Shown piece by piece: positions 26,618 to 36,313 of a DNA stretch of 64,000 bases. The position numbers and the translations under genes are program-made. Position 1 is the stretch's first letter. Each line of letters begins with the position of its first letter. The DNA comes from Alphaproteobacteria bacterium (GTDB lineage: Bacteria; Pseudomonadota; Alphaproteobacteria; UBA6615). Below the pieces are notes generated by a model. The model worked only from the letters and a program-made list of their open reading frames with translations. It ran no database searches and had not been told where the DNA came from. Location: NCBI GenBank assembly GCA_028279245.1, contig JANQOE010000059.1, forward strand, positions 236 through 64,235, written 5' to 3'.

Positions 26618-27349
26618 TCAATCGACCAGCGAAAACGTCGCCACCACCGTCGCCTCAATCCGTTGCTGCCCCGGCGCGATGGGCACCGCGGACTCTGCAA
26701 AGGCGCGGGCGGCCAACACCGGGCGCGCGCCTCCTATCTGCTCAGTCACCGACTGCAAGTCGCCCAACTCCACACGGGCCGCTTCGCTGAGCAGCAATGC
26801 CTTGTCCCGCGCCCGTCCCATCGCCAGCACCAACGCTTCGTCACGCAATCGTTCGACCGCTGAGGATTGGAACTCGAGCACTCCAATATCAGTCACCCCC
26901 AGACCGACCAGAACGTCGAGGACCTCTCCGACCCGCTGCAGGTCTTGGACCACGACCGTCAGGTTATTGCTGGCCCGATAGGCGACCACCCGTGGCGGCT
27001 GACCCGAGGGCTCCCGCCGCTGTTCATACACCGGAAACAACGAGATCGAGGCCGTCTGAACGTCCTCCGCGGCGACACCCTGGTCCGGCAGGGCGGCCAG
27101 GACCGCGGCCACACGTTCCGAATTGGCGCCCATGGCGGCGACGGCCGTCTCACCCTGGGTGGTCACGCCAACTTGAACCCGCGCCAAGTCAGGCACGGCC
27201 ATAACGACGCCGGTTCCCTGAACCGTGATCGACCTGGCCTCATCCGCCTGGGCCCCTACCATCGTACCGGTGATGACGGTTACAGCCAAAAAGACGCGTT
27301 GCAGCCACAACACACTCAACCAGCGTTCGCATTTCGTACCCAGGACCAT
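26618..27349 (-). CDS. SIMPL-domain periplasmic protein (BP26/Omp28-like)
   Basis: 243 aa with a signal peptide, then ITVQGTGVVMAVPDLARVQVGVTT, typical of SIMPL/DUF541 proteins. Confidence 0.75.
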   Translation of the reverse strand: MVLGTKCERWLSVLWLQRVFLAVTVITGTMVGAQADEARSITVQGTGVVMAVPDLARVQVGVTTQGETAVAAMGANSERVAAVLAALPDQGVAAEDVQTASISLFPVYEQRREPSGQPPRVVAYRASNNLTVVVQDLQRVGEVLDVLVGLGVTDIGVLEFQSSAVERLRDEALVLAMGRARDKALLLSEAARVELGDLQSVTEQIGGARPVLAARAFAESAVPIAPGQQRIEATVVATFSLVD

Positions 27350-27505
27350 GCTAACTCCCGACTTCCGATCTATGGCTTTTGCGCTACCCTACCGGGCCCG
27401 TGCGTATTCCCCCTGGGAGTTTGGCTCCTCGGGAAAAAGCGGAATACTTCCGGGATGCTACAAGGACAAGGCCCCGGAAAGGGGCCGGCCGCATAACCTC
27501 GAATT

Positions 27506-28168
27506 ATGCAGTATGGGATGTTGTCGATGAGTTTGGTTCGAACACTAATCCTGGCCATTGGAATTGCAGTCGTCAGCGCCCCGGCGCCGGCACAGGAGTA
27601 TGTGGATCGTTCCAAGCAGTTCATTGAAGGACTGGCGGACCGGGCCATCGACACCGCCAACGCAGATCTGCCGGATGAACAGGTACGGCAAGAGATCCGC
27701 AGTCTGATCAACGACGGTTTCGCTGTTCGAGGCATCGCCCGATATGTCCTCGGCCGGTACTGGCGCCGAGCTTCTGAGGAGGACCGAGCCGAGTATCTGA
27801 AACTGTTCGAAGATGTGGTGATTGGCGTATCCGCCGACCGCCTAAGCCAGTACTCCGGCGAGTCCTTCGAGGTCACGAACGCCGTCGCCGCCACCAGCGC
27901 AAATCCGCAGGAACAGGCCACGATCGTCCGTTCGATTTTCCACATCTCCGACAGTTCCCAGGTCCGTGTCGATTGGCGCGTCGCCAGCAGGGGCGACAAC
28001 TACAAGATCACCGACGTCGTCCTTGAAGGCGTCAGCCTCGCCAACACCTACCGCGATGAGTTCACGTCGGTTGTTCGCCGTGGCGGCATCGACGGTCTTC
28101 TTGCGGAGCTACGGAAACAGCGTGACGAAATCGCGATGGCCGACGGCACCCTGACTACCGGCCAATAG
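27506..28168 (+). CDS. MlaC/Ttg2D-family lipid-binding periplasmic protein (HpnM-like by context)
   Basis: Signal peptide, then GFAVRGIARYVLGRYWRRASEEDRAEYLKLFED and YKITDVVLEGVSLANTYRDEF, typical of the toluene-tolerance Ttg2D/MlaC family. Lies 2 kb upstream of hpnCDE. Confidence 0.75.
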   Translation: MQYGMLSMSLVRTLILAIGIAVVSAPAPAQEYVDRSKQFIEGLADRAIDTANADLPDEQVRQEIRSLINDGFAVRGIARYVLGRYWRRASEEDRAEYLKLFEDVVIGVSADRLSQYSGESFEVTNAVAATSANPQEQATIVRSIFHISDSSQVRVDWRVASRGDNYKITDVVLEGVSLANTYRDEFTSVVRRGGIDGLLAELRKQRDEIAMADGTLTTGQ

Positions 28169-29927
28169 CATAGGCCTGCATAAGCCGCGGCGTCGCCGCC
28201 GCCCGTAACAAGCCATCCCCTCGCGAAACGGCACACACGCGGCCGACTGACCAATCGTCGGCGACAACCACCTCATGCCCGCGCCGCCGAAGATCGGCGA
28301 TCACCTCATCCGAAAAACGCTCTTCGAGGGCCATCCGCCCCGGTGCCGCCGTGCGCGGATAAAACGAACTCGGGAAATGCGCCGAGTGAAACAAGGGTGC
28401 ATCGATTGCTTCCTGTAGGTTCAGGCCGTGATGCACGTGGCGCAGGAAGAAAATCAGCGTCCATTGATCCTGCTGATCGCCGCCGGGGGTGCCAAACGCC
28501 AGATAGGGGGCACCGTCCCGGGTCACCAGCGTCGGCGTCAACGTCGTCCGCGGCCGCTTGCCCGGCGCTATGCTCGCCGGCAGCCCCTCCTCCACCCAGA
28601 ACATCTGACCGCGCGTGCCCAGGCAAAAACCGAGTTCCGGAATGATCGGCGAACTTTGCAGCCAGCCACCACTCGGCGTCGCCGAAACGACATTGCCCCA
28701 GCGGTCGGCAACATCCACATGGCAAGTGTCACCATCACGGCTCGGCTTGGCGGCAAAAGTAGGTTCACCCGCCCCAGCCATCAGATCCGGCCCCGTATCG
28801 ACCGCAGTCGGCAAGCGGGGCGTTGCGCCGCCAGGGGAGCCGGGCAACAAGGCGTCTGACGCTGTTTCGGCAATCAGCCTTCGACGATCCGCGCTGTAGG
28901 CATCGCTCAGCAGAGCGTCGATCGGCACGTCCACGAACGACGGGTCACCGTAGAACGCCTCCCGATCCGCAAAGGCCAACTTCGCCGCCTCGACAACCGA
29001 GTGAACGAAGGCTGTCCCGTTCGGGTCCATCGCGCCCAGGTCCAAACCGTCGAGCAAGGCGAGCTGCTGCAAGAAGACCGGGCCCTGACCCCACGGCCCG
29101 GTTTTGTGCACGGTAAGGCCTTGGTACTCGTAGGAGAGGGTCGGTTCGTAGGTGGTGGTCCAGTTGGCGAGGTCGCCGTATCGCAGCAAGCCGCCATGTC
29201 GACTTCCGGAACTATCCATGTAGCTGCCGCTTGAGCAGAAGCGGTCGATGGCCTCCGCAACGAAGCCCCGGTAGAAGGCGTGCCGCGCCTGTTCGATCTG
29301 CCCGTCGCGATCGCTGGTCGCGCGCTCCGCCTCGTCTACAATCCGCTGATACGTCGCGGCCAGCGCAGTGTTGCGGAACAGTGCCCCTGGAGCCGGGACG
29401 TTACCGCCAGGCAGATAGACCGCCGCCGAACTCGGCCACTCATCGCGAAACAGCCCCGCCACCGCGCCGATGACCTCGGATGCCTGCGGCAACAACGGAT
29501 GGCCCACCGCCGCATACCCAATGGCCGGCGCCAACACCTCGCCAATCCGCCAACTGCCGTGGTCTTGCAAAAGCCGCAGCCAGGCATCGAACGCCCCCGG
29601 CACCACGGCCGGAAGCAGTCCGGTCCCCGGCACCAAGTCGACACCCAGCTCCTGGAAGTGGGCGGATGTCGCCTTGGCCGGCGCCACGCCTTGCCCGCAC
29701 AACACCTCCGGCCCGTTGCCACGCGCCGCGTGAAAGATGATCGGCACATCACCGCCCGCGCCGTTCAGGTGAGGTTCCACGACTTGCAGGGTGAATCCGG
29801 CGGCAACCGCCGCGTCGAACGCATTGCCGCCCCGCTCCAGCACCGACATACCAACCGCCGAGGCAATCCAATGCGTTGACGAAATCACGCCAAAGGTGCC
29901 AAGGATCTCCGGTCGGGTCGTGAACAT
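28155..29927 (-). CDS. Gamma-glutamyltransferase family protein (no signal peptide seen)
   Basis: 590 aa from ATG 29927 (MFTTRPEILGTFGVISSTHW). Autoprocessing/nucleophile context GDTCHV. The track TTG start at 29951 lies inside the U-tract of the upstream terminator, so I do not use it. Confidence 0.85.
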   Translation of the reverse strand: MFTTRPEILGTFGVISSTHWIASAVGMSVLERGGNAFDAAVAAGFTLQVVEPHLNGAGGDVPIIFHAARGNGPEVLCGQGVAPAKATSAHFQELGVDLVPGTGLLPAVVPGAFDAWLRLLQDHGSWRIGEVLAPAIGYAAVGHPLLPQASEVIGAVAGLFRDEWPSSAAVYLPGGNVPAPGALFRNTALAATYQRIVDEAERATSDRDGQIEQARHAFYRGFVAEAIDRFCSSGSYMDSSGSRHGGLLRYGDLANWTTTYEPTLSYEYQGLTVHKTGPWGQGPVFLQQLALLDGLDLGAMDPNGTAFVHSVVEAAKLAFADREAFYGDPSFVDVPIDALLSDAYSADRRRLIAETASDALLPGSPGGATPRLPTAVDTGPDLMAGAGEPTFAAKPSRDGDTCHVDVADRWGNVVSATPSGGWLQSSPIIPELGFCLGTRGQMFWVEEGLPASIAPGKRPRTTLTPTLVTRDGAPYLAFGTPGGDQQDQWTLIFFLRHVHHGLNLQEAIDAPLFHSAHFPSSFYPRTAAPGRMALEERFSDEVIADLRRRGHEVVVADDWSVGRVCAVSRGDGLLRAAATPRLMQAYAIGR

Positions 29928-29949
29928 GCGAAGCTCCGTGCCGTACGAC

Positions 29950-29982
29950 AAAAAAGAGCCCCGCCACGGCGGACGGGGCTCT
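29950..29982 (-). terminator. Intrinsic-terminator-like hairpin plus U-tract with no upstream minus-strand gene
   Basis: Minus-strand stem AGAGCCCCG/CGGGGCTCT (29974-29982 pairs with 29955-29963), a 10-nt loop, then six U (plus-strand A-run 29950-29955). It ends 23 nt upstream of the ggt ATG. Confidence 0.6.
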
Positions 29983-30191
29983 AAAGGTTATATCGGACAA
30001 ACACGGTCGATGTCCCATGTTGGCACGCAAGCCCGTCAGAGGGGAACAAGCCTTTGGGATGTTCGCTTTCACTTGCGTGTGAAGACCATCAGGACACACT
30101 ACCCCTAATAGCGAAGTGACATCCCTCAACACGAACCCCAAACGGCCTGTACAACGCGTTTTCGACGCTTCTCGGAGACCGTGGAAACCGA

Positions 30192-31064
30192 ATGAGCATT
30201 GAGACGCCATCGGGGAAACGCCCGCAGGACGAGAACTTTCCTGTCGCCTCAAAGCTGATCTCGGCCAGGTACCGTCCCACGGTCCTGGCCTACTATGCCT
30301 TTGCCCGCGCGGCCGATGATATAGCCGACAACGCATCTCTTCCCCCTGACGAGAAGACAACGCGCCTCGATCAAATCGGCGAGGCCTTATGCAATGGCAC
30401 GGGACACAAAGAGACCTACGCCAAAGCACACACACTGCGCCGCGCGCTTCTTACGCACCAAATCAACCTGCGCCGAGGTCTCGATCTACTCGATGCATTC
30501 AGGCAGGACGCACTCAAGAACCGCTATGCGTCCTGGTCCGAGTTGATCGCCTATTGTGACCGTTCGGCGGCGCCGGTTGGGCGCTTTCTCTTAGATCTCC
30601 ACGGCGAGACGCCAGAGCTGTATGAGGCGTCCGACGCCCTGTGCAACGCCTTGCAAATCCTCAATCACCTCCAGGACTGTGGGGAGGACTATCGGCGGCT
30701 GGATCGGGTCTACATCCCCATCGACTGGCTGCAAGAGGCAGACGTAGCGGTGGATGCCCTGCAGGCAAACAGCGCATCTCCCCAACTCCGCACCGTATTG
30801 GATCGATGTCTTGACGCCGTTGGATTGTTGCTGCCTAAAGCACGCGAGTTGCAGACGAGCATCAACAGCCGTCGATTGGCCATGGAGGCATCGGTCATCA
30901 CCGAACTTGCGTTCACATTGGCGCGCCGGCTTCGCGCGGGAGATCCTTTGGCGGGGCGCGTCGAACTGAATAAGGCCAACTTCGCGAAATGCACACTCGT
31001 CGGTATCGCGAAGGTGATCGCGCGGCCGGCATGTCGGCTCATTGGAAGCCCGGTCAGCCCATGA
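30192..31064 (+). CDS. hpnC: Hydroxysqualene synthase (squalene synthase HpnC)
   Basis: 290 aa with N-terminal DENFPVASKLI and YAFARAADDIADN, in the squalene/phytoene synthase fold. Followed by hpnD and hpnE. Confidence 0.85.
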   Translation: MSIETPSGKRPQDENFPVASKLISARYRPTVLAYYAFARAADDIADNASLPPDEKTTRLDQIGEALCNGTGHKETYAKAHTLRRALLTHQINLRRGLDLLDAFRQDALKNRYASWSELIAYCDRSAAPVGRFLLDLHGETPELYEASDALCNALQILNHLQDCGEDYRRLDRVYIPIDWLQEADVAVDALQANSASPQLRTVLDRCLDAVGLLLPKARELQTSINSRRLAMEASVITELAFTLARRLRAGDPLAGRVELNKANFAKCTLVGIAKVIARPACRLIGSPVSP

Positions 31065-31933
31065 CCTTGGAGCAAACCGTGCGAGATCATGTCAGCCAGA
31101 TCGTTAGTTCGTCCGGCAGTTCGTTTTTGCTTGGCATGCGGATCCTGCCGGCGGCGCGCCGCCGCGCCATGTTTGCCCTCTACGCCTTTTGCCGAGAGGT
31201 TGACGACATTGCCGACGGGCCCGGCACGGCGGCGGACAAGCTGAGCAAGCTCGCAGCATGGCGCAGCGAGATCAACCGCATCTTTGCCGGGAACCCGCAA
31301 TACCGCACCGCCCGCGCACTCGTTCCCCATGCCGCGGCCTTCGAGCTGCCGCGAGAGGAACTACGCGCCGTAATCGATGGCCTCGAAATGGATGCGCGTG
31401 GCGAAATGGTCGCGCCGACCCAAGAGCAGCTCGACACCTACTGTCGGAACGTAGCCAGTGCGGTCGGTTTGGTCTCAATTCGGATCTTTGGCGAGTGCCA
31501 TGAGCAAGCACGGGCGTTCGCCCTCGCCCTCGGTCACGGCCTGCAGCTGACAAACATACTCCGCGACCTGGACGAAGACGCGCAACGCGGTCGCCTCTAT
31601 CTGCCACGCGAACTCTTGCTGAAACACGGTTTGGCACCCGAGGCGTCTCCAGTAGAGACGGTCCGCAACGCGCAGGTTGCCGACGTGTGCCGCGATCTGG
31701 CGCAACAGGCGCGTCAGTCGTTTGCTCTGGCCGACCAATGCCTCACGTCCTGTAGCCGCCGGCGCCTCCGGCCCGCCCTTGTGATGTTTGGGATCTACGA
31801 ACGCCTGCTGCAGGAACTGGAGGCTGCAGACTGGCAGCCGCCACGGCACCGGATACGGCTTTCCGCGATCGACAAACTCTGGGCTGGAGGCTCGAGAGGT
31901 CTGTTCCGGCCCCGATGCCAACCGTCCACATAA
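31061..31933 (+). CDS. hpnD: Presqualene diphosphate synthase HpnD
   Basis: ATG 31061 overlaps the hpnC stop (ATGA). SSGSSFLLGMRILP and YAFCREVDDIADG are present. The track start at 30989 lies inside hpnC. Confidence 0.85.
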   Translation: MTLEQTVRDHVSQIVSSSGSSFLLGMRILPAARRRAMFALYAFCREVDDIADGPGTAADKLSKLAAWRSEINRIFAGNPQYRTARALVPHAAAFELPREELRAVIDGLEMDARGEMVAPTQEQLDTYCRNVASAVGLVSIRIFGECHEQARAFALALGHGLQLTNILRDLDEDAQRGRLYLPRELLLKHGLAPEASPVETVRNAQVADVCRDLAQQARQSFALADQCLTSCSRRRLRPALVMFGIYERLLQELEAADWQPPRHRIRLSAIDKLWAGGSRGLFRPRCQPST

Positions 31934-33189
31934 TCGGCGCCGGCCTGGCGGGACTGGCCAGCGCGGTCCAGCTTGCTTCATCAAGTCACCGCATCGTCCT
32001 ACACGACGCCGCGCCACGGGCGGGCGGACGCTGTCGGTCGTTCCTCGACGACCAACTCGGCTGTGTTGTCGACAACGGCAATCACCTGCTGCTCAGCGCC
32101 AACCACGCTGCCCACTCCTTTCTTGAGAAAGTCGGCGCCGCCCACACACTCGTTGGACCGGTCGGATCGAGGTTTCCGTTCCTCGATCTGCGCACGCGGC
32201 ATCAGTGGACGCTGCACCCAAACGATGGACCGGTCCCCTGGTGGCTGTTCTCGCCCGCGCGCCGCATCCCCGGAACAAACCCGCTTCACTACCTGTCGGC
32301 CCTGCGCCTACTCGCTGCCGGACCCCGAGCCACTGTCGCTGATTGTATCCGGACCACTGACCCACTATTCCGCCCATTTTGGGAACCGCTGACGCTCGCC
32401 GTGATGAACATGGCGACCGATCGCGCCGCGGCAGCTCCCTTACGCAATGTCTTGCTTCGAACCTTCGCCCGCGGCGGCGCCCACTGCCGGCCGCTCGTCG
32501 CGCGTGATGGATTGTCCGCAAGCTTTGTTGACCCGGCCCTTGCCTTCTTACGCCACCACGGGGCGCAGCTACAGATGAGCCGCCGTCTGCGCGGTCTGAG
32601 GATTGGCCAAAAAAAACGGGCCGACGCGCTGCAGTTCGTTGGGCAACTCACGCCATTGGAGACAGACGACCGAGCCATCATTGCCGTGCCACCAACCGCC
32701 GCCACCGAACTGATCCCGAACCTGAACCCACCTCTGGAGGGCGAGCCAGTCGTCAACGCGCATTTCCGATTGCCGTCACCATCCCAGCTTCCCGGGGGCG
32801 CGCACTTCCTCGGGCTTCTCGGCGGCACAGCACATTGGGTGTTCGTCCGCGGTGAGGTGGCGAGCACCACTGTCAGCGCCGCGCGCGAGCTTGCCCAGCG
32901 GCCGAATGAAGAAATCGCCGCGCTACTCTGGAAGGACCTGGCGGTGGTGTTCGGACTACCGGCCGAAGAGATCCCGCCTCACCGGATCATTAAGGAGAAG
33001 CGCGCCACCTTCACCCAGGATCCGGTCAACATCCGGCGGCGACCACCAGTGACAACTTCGCTGGCGAACGTCTTTCTCGCAGGCGACTGGATCGACACCG
33101 GCTTGCCGGCAACCATCGAGAGCGCGGTCGCGTCCGGTTTCGCCGCAGCCGATGCGCTGGAGGCCAGCCTCACAGAGCAGGCGGCGTAG
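31915..33189 (+). CDS. hpnE: Hydroxysqualene dehydroxylase HpnE (FAD-dependent amine-oxidase fold)
   Basis: N-terminal dinucleotide-binding motif VHIIGAGLAGLASAVQLA. 424 aa, overlapping hpnD by 19 nt. Confidence 0.8.
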   Translation: MPTVHIIGAGLAGLASAVQLASSSHRIVLHDAAPRAGGRCRSFLDDQLGCVVDNGNHLLLSANHAAHSFLEKVGAAHTLVGPVGSRFPFLDLRTRHQWTLHPNDGPVPWWLFSPARRIPGTNPLHYLSALRLLAAGPRATVADCIRTTDPLFRPFWEPLTLAVMNMATDRAAAAPLRNVLLRTFARGGAHCRPLVARDGLSASFVDPALAFLRHHGAQLQMSRRLRGLRIGQKKRADALQFVGQLTPLETDDRAIIAVPPTAATELIPNLNPPLEGEPVVNAHFRLPSPSQLPGGAHFLGLLGGTAHWVFVRGEVASTTVSAARELAQRPNEEIAALLWKDLAVVFGLPAEEIPPHRIIKEKRATFTQDPVNIRRRPPVTTSLANVFLAGDWIDTGLPATIESAVASGFAAADALEASLTEQAA

Positions 33190-33195
33190 CAGCAC

Positions 33196-34149
33196 TTAGC
33201 GGCGGGCGGTGTTTCCCCGCAGCACCTCCGGCAGCTTGAAACGCACGTTCTCCTGAACGCCATCCATCGTTTCGACCGACGTGTCACGCCAGACGCCGAT
33301 CTGCTCAACCACATCCTGCACGAGGTTCTCTGGAGCCGACGCACCCGCCGACACACCGATACTGGTCACGCCGTCGAACCAGGCCTCTTCCAAACTGTCG
33401 GCGTCCTCGATCAGATAGCTCGGCTTCCCCATCTCCGTACCGATCTCCCGCAACCGGTTGGAGTTCGAACTATTCTCGGCACCGACCACGAGTAACACAT
33501 CGACCTCGGCGACCAAGCCGCGCACGGCGGATTGGCGGTTCTGGGTCGCGTAACAAATGTTCCGAACATCCGGTCCGACGATTGCCGGGAAGCGGGCCTG
33601 CAGCGCTTCGATCACGTCGCGCGTATCGTCCAGGCTCAACGTCGTTTGCGTCACATAGGCTAGCTGTTCGGGGTCGCGCGGCGCGAGTTCCTTGACCTCC
33701 TCGACCTTCGAGATGAGATGCACCGGCCCGCTGATCCGCCCCATGGTGCCTTCGACTTCGGGATGGCCGGCGTGACCGATCAACACCACATCCATGCCGG
33801 CTTTTGCATAACGTTGCCCTTCCTTGTGCACCTTGGTCACCAGCGGACAGGTTGCATCGATGACATCCAGGCCCCGTTCCGACGCTTCGATCTCCACCCG
33901 GTCGGCGACGCCATGCGCGCTGAAGATTGTGACCGCATCGGCGGGAATCTCATCGACCTCATCGACAAACACCGCCCCCATATCTCGCAACCGACCGACG
34001 ACATGTTTGTTATGCACGATCTCATGCCGGACATAGACGGGCGGCCCGAACTTCTTGAGCGCCCGCTCGACGATCTCGATGGCGCGGTCGACACCCGCAC
34101 AGAAGCCCCGCGGCTCGGCCAGCACGACCCGTAGTTTCTCTTTGCTCAT
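33196..34149 (-). CDS. ispH: 4-hydroxy-3-methylbut-2-enyl diphosphate reductase
   Basis: 317 aa with three cluster cysteines in the conserved contexts [20 protein letters not shown] and ICYATQNRQ. Confidence 0.9.
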   Translation of the reverse strand: MSKEKLRVVLAEPRGFCAGVDRAIEIVERALKKFGPPVYVRHEIVHNKHVVGRLRDMGAVFVDEVDEIPADAVTIFSAHGVADRVEIEASERGLDVIDATCPLVTKVHKEGQRYAKAGMDVVLIGHAGHPEVEGTMGRISGPVHLISKVEEVKELAPRDPEQLAYVTQTTLSLDDTRDVIEALQARFPAIVGPDVRNICYATQNRQSAVRGLVAEVDVLLVVGAENSSNSNRLREIGTEMGKPSYLIEDADSLEEAWFDGVTSIGVSAGASAPENLVQDVVEQIGVWRDTSVETMDGVQENVRFKLPEVLRGNTARR

Positions 34150-34251
34150 GCAAGACGCCCCTGAAACGGCCCAATCTGCAACTCAGCCAGAACTTAGGAT
34201 TTTCGGCCCAGCTATGCCATGTTCCATCGGCAAATCGGGGGGCGCACGCAT

Positions 34252-35139
34252 ATGGATGATCTCGACCGGGCGCTGGCCCGAACCGCCGCCGACGTCGGCG
34301 CGGCGATGGAGGTCCGCCTGCAGCCATTTGACGGCCCCGAGGCGGCGGTCTGGAAAGCGATGCGTTACGCCTGCCTCGGCACTGGCAAGCGCCTCCGCCC
34401 CTTCCTGACGATATCCGCGGCCAACCTCTTCCGCGTGCCGGCCGCCCAGTCGATGCAGGCCGCAATCAGTATCGAATTCATCCACTGCTACTCGCTGATC
34501 CATGACGACCTGCCGGCGATGGATGACGCCGCCCTGCGCCGCGGCCGGCCGACGGTGCACCGCGAATTCGACGAAGCGACTGCCATTCTGGCCGGCGATG
34601 GGCTGCTGACCCTCGCGTTCGAGGTCCTTGCCGAGCCCGAGACTCATCCTGATCCTCAGGTCAGACTAGCGCTTGTCACTCAGGTCTCGGCCGCCGCCGG
34701 CGTCCGCGGCATGGTGGGTGGCCAGATGATGGACATCGCCACCGAGCATGCCGCGCTACCCCTGCCGGAGGTCGAACGCCTGCAAAGCCTGAAAACCGGC
34801 GCACTGATTACAGCTGCCTGCGAAGCCGGTGGCATTCTTGGTCAGGCGACCGACGACCAACGCCAAGCGCTGCGAACCTATGCCCGCAACCTAGGCGTCG
34901 CCTTCCAGATTGCCGACGACCTGCTGGACAGCGCCGGCGAAGCCTCGGTGGTGGGCAAGGATCTGCGCCGTGACGGTGAGGCGGGGAAGACGACCTTTGT
35001 GTCGCACCTGGGCATCGCCAACGCCCGCGACGCTGCCGAGCGCTACGCCGGCCGCGCGATCGAATCCTTGTCGATGTTTGGCGAGAGTGCAGACCTGCTC
35101 CGGAAGATCGCCCGCTTTACAGTTGAGCGTGAGCGCTAG
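34252..35139 (+). CDS. Polyprenyl diphosphate synthase (farnesyl/geranylgeranyl diphosphate synthase, IspA-like)
   Basis: First Asp-rich motif LIHDDLPAMDD and second FQIADDLLD. ATG 34252 is preferred; ATG 34219 is an in-frame alternative. Confidence 0.85.
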   Translation: MDDLDRALARTAADVGAAMEVRLQPFDGPEAAVWKAMRYACLGTGKRLRPFLTISAANLFRVPAAQSMQAAISIEFIHCYSLIHDDLPAMDDAALRRGRPTVHREFDEATAILAGDGLLTLAFEVLAEPETHPDPQVRLALVTQVSAAAGVRGMVGGQMMDIATEHAALPLPEVERLQSLKTGALITAACEAGGILGQATDDQRQALRTYARNLGVAFQIADDLLDSAGEASVVGKDLRRDGEAGKTTFVSHLGIANARDAAERYAGRAIESLSMFGESADLLRKIARFTVERER

Positions 35140-35914
35140 GCACGACGAAACAGTCCTGTCCGACGCTCTTGAGCTGGCTGCACACCTCTGACGCGGGTTG
35201 CCGGCCCGGAAACGCACCAATCTGCACCCGGAAGACATGCCGCCCCCGGCTCTGCCGCTGCTCGATCCGCGGTGTATGGTCCCGCAGGACTGTAGAGTGC
35301 CGCCGCGACAGCCGCTTCCACTCAGTATCCGCGTCGCGCTGATTCCAGACAGCGGCGATTTGTACCATCCACTTATCCCGCTCGGCTTGCCGCACCGGTG
35401 CGGGCGGACGCGGCGACGGTTTCGGCACCTGAGCGATCAGCAACCGTTCGGGGGGTATCGGTACAGGCAGCGTCTCGGGCACGATCATGATCCGCACAGG
35501 CGCCAGACCCCGTTTGACGAAGCCAAGCTGTTGCGCCGCCCCGAACGAAACATCCAGCACCCGGTCGTGAATGTAGGGGCCCCGGTCATTGATCCGGAGC
35601 GAGACGGTTTTCTGGTTCGTCAGGTTGGTGACCCGCACCCGCGTGCCCAGTGGCAAGGACTTGTGCGCCGCCGTCATGGCGTACATGTCGAAGATCTCGC
35701 CGTTCGCTGTCGTTCGCCCGTGATGCCACGATCCGTACCAAGACGCGGTGCCGACCTGCATGGTCGGCTCGGCATCTGGAGTTCGTACAGCCTGCAACGG
35801 CGGTGAGTCGGCGGTCACGTCGGCCGGCCAGCAGGCGACCATCAGCAGAGTCAGCAGACCGAGCAGCACATCTTGTGCCCCCCGCCCCCGGACGGCCCTA
35901 TGCACACCATACAT
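35117..35914 (-). CDS. rlpA: Septal ring lytic transglycosylase RlpA family protein with C-terminal SPOR domain
   Basis: DPBB region GTASWYGSWHHGRTTANGEIFD...RINDRGPY. C-terminal SPOR-like WMVQIAAV...FRVQIGAF. Convergent 23-nt overlap with the polyprenyl synthase gene. Confidence 0.85.
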   Translation of the reverse strand: MYGVHRAVRGRGAQDVLLGLLTLLMVACWPADVTADSPPLQAVRTPDAEPTMQVGTASWYGSWHHGRTTANGEIFDMYAMTAAHKSLPLGTRVRVTNLTNQKTVSLRINDRGPYIHDRVLDVSFGAAQQLGFVKRGLAPVRIMIVPETLPVPIPPERLLIAQVPKPSPRPPAPVRQAERDKWMVQIAAVWNQRDADTEWKRLSRRHSTVLRDHTPRIEQRQSRGRHVFRVQIGAFPGRQPASEVCSQLKSVGQDCFVVPSAHAQL

Positions 35915-36313
35915 GGTGGGCTCCCCCCTTTTTCCCGCTGTATTTTGTGTTAGCAGACCTCCAGCGGGTAGTGTCTAGCGTGAGCCGGTTTCAACAAAAC
36001 TGTGGACAAGGTGGTTTTCCACAGGCGCCGCGACGGATTAGGGCAGAGCCCTCATGTCAGACCTTGATGCCAGCTCCTACCGGCCAGTACCGCCGCCAAA
36101 CACTCGAGCTCTGACGGGTGCCTTGCATCCGCTACGATCCCCGACCCTCGCCAGGAGAAACGACCCCGAACGTTACCGGCGTGTCGAAGCCGCATTCCGC
36201 CGGGCAGCCGGGATCTTGTTCGTCGCGTTCGGCATCAAGCTCATCGCAGACCGTTAGCAACCTGAGCGATAGGATGCTCTAAGTACCCGAGCACGTATCT
36301 CGGGAGCCTGCGC

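Noticed and set aside
29928-29951. TTG start at 29951 for ggt as given by the ORF track
   Set aside because: The TTG lies inside the U-tract of the terminator hairpin. ATG 29927 gives a normal GGT N-terminus, so the shorter version is preferred.
36000-36024. Inverted pair of DnaA-box-like 9-mers (TTGTCCACA on the complement of 36001-36009, TTTTCCACA at 36015-36023), a possible origin-like element
   Set aside because: Each box has one mismatch to TTATCCACA. There are only two boxes, with no AT-rich unwinding element and no dnaA/dnaN/hemE-type neighbours. At most this is a promoter-level site and it is not supportable as an origin.
36174-36257. C-terminal tail of a 67-aa ORF (RRVEAAFRRAAGILFVAFGIKLIADR) resembling the end of LysE/RhtB-type exporters, a possible gene remnant
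   Set aside because: Only about 25 residues of resemblance and nothing upstream in any frame that I can link to the family. This is too short to call a pseudogene without a database search.
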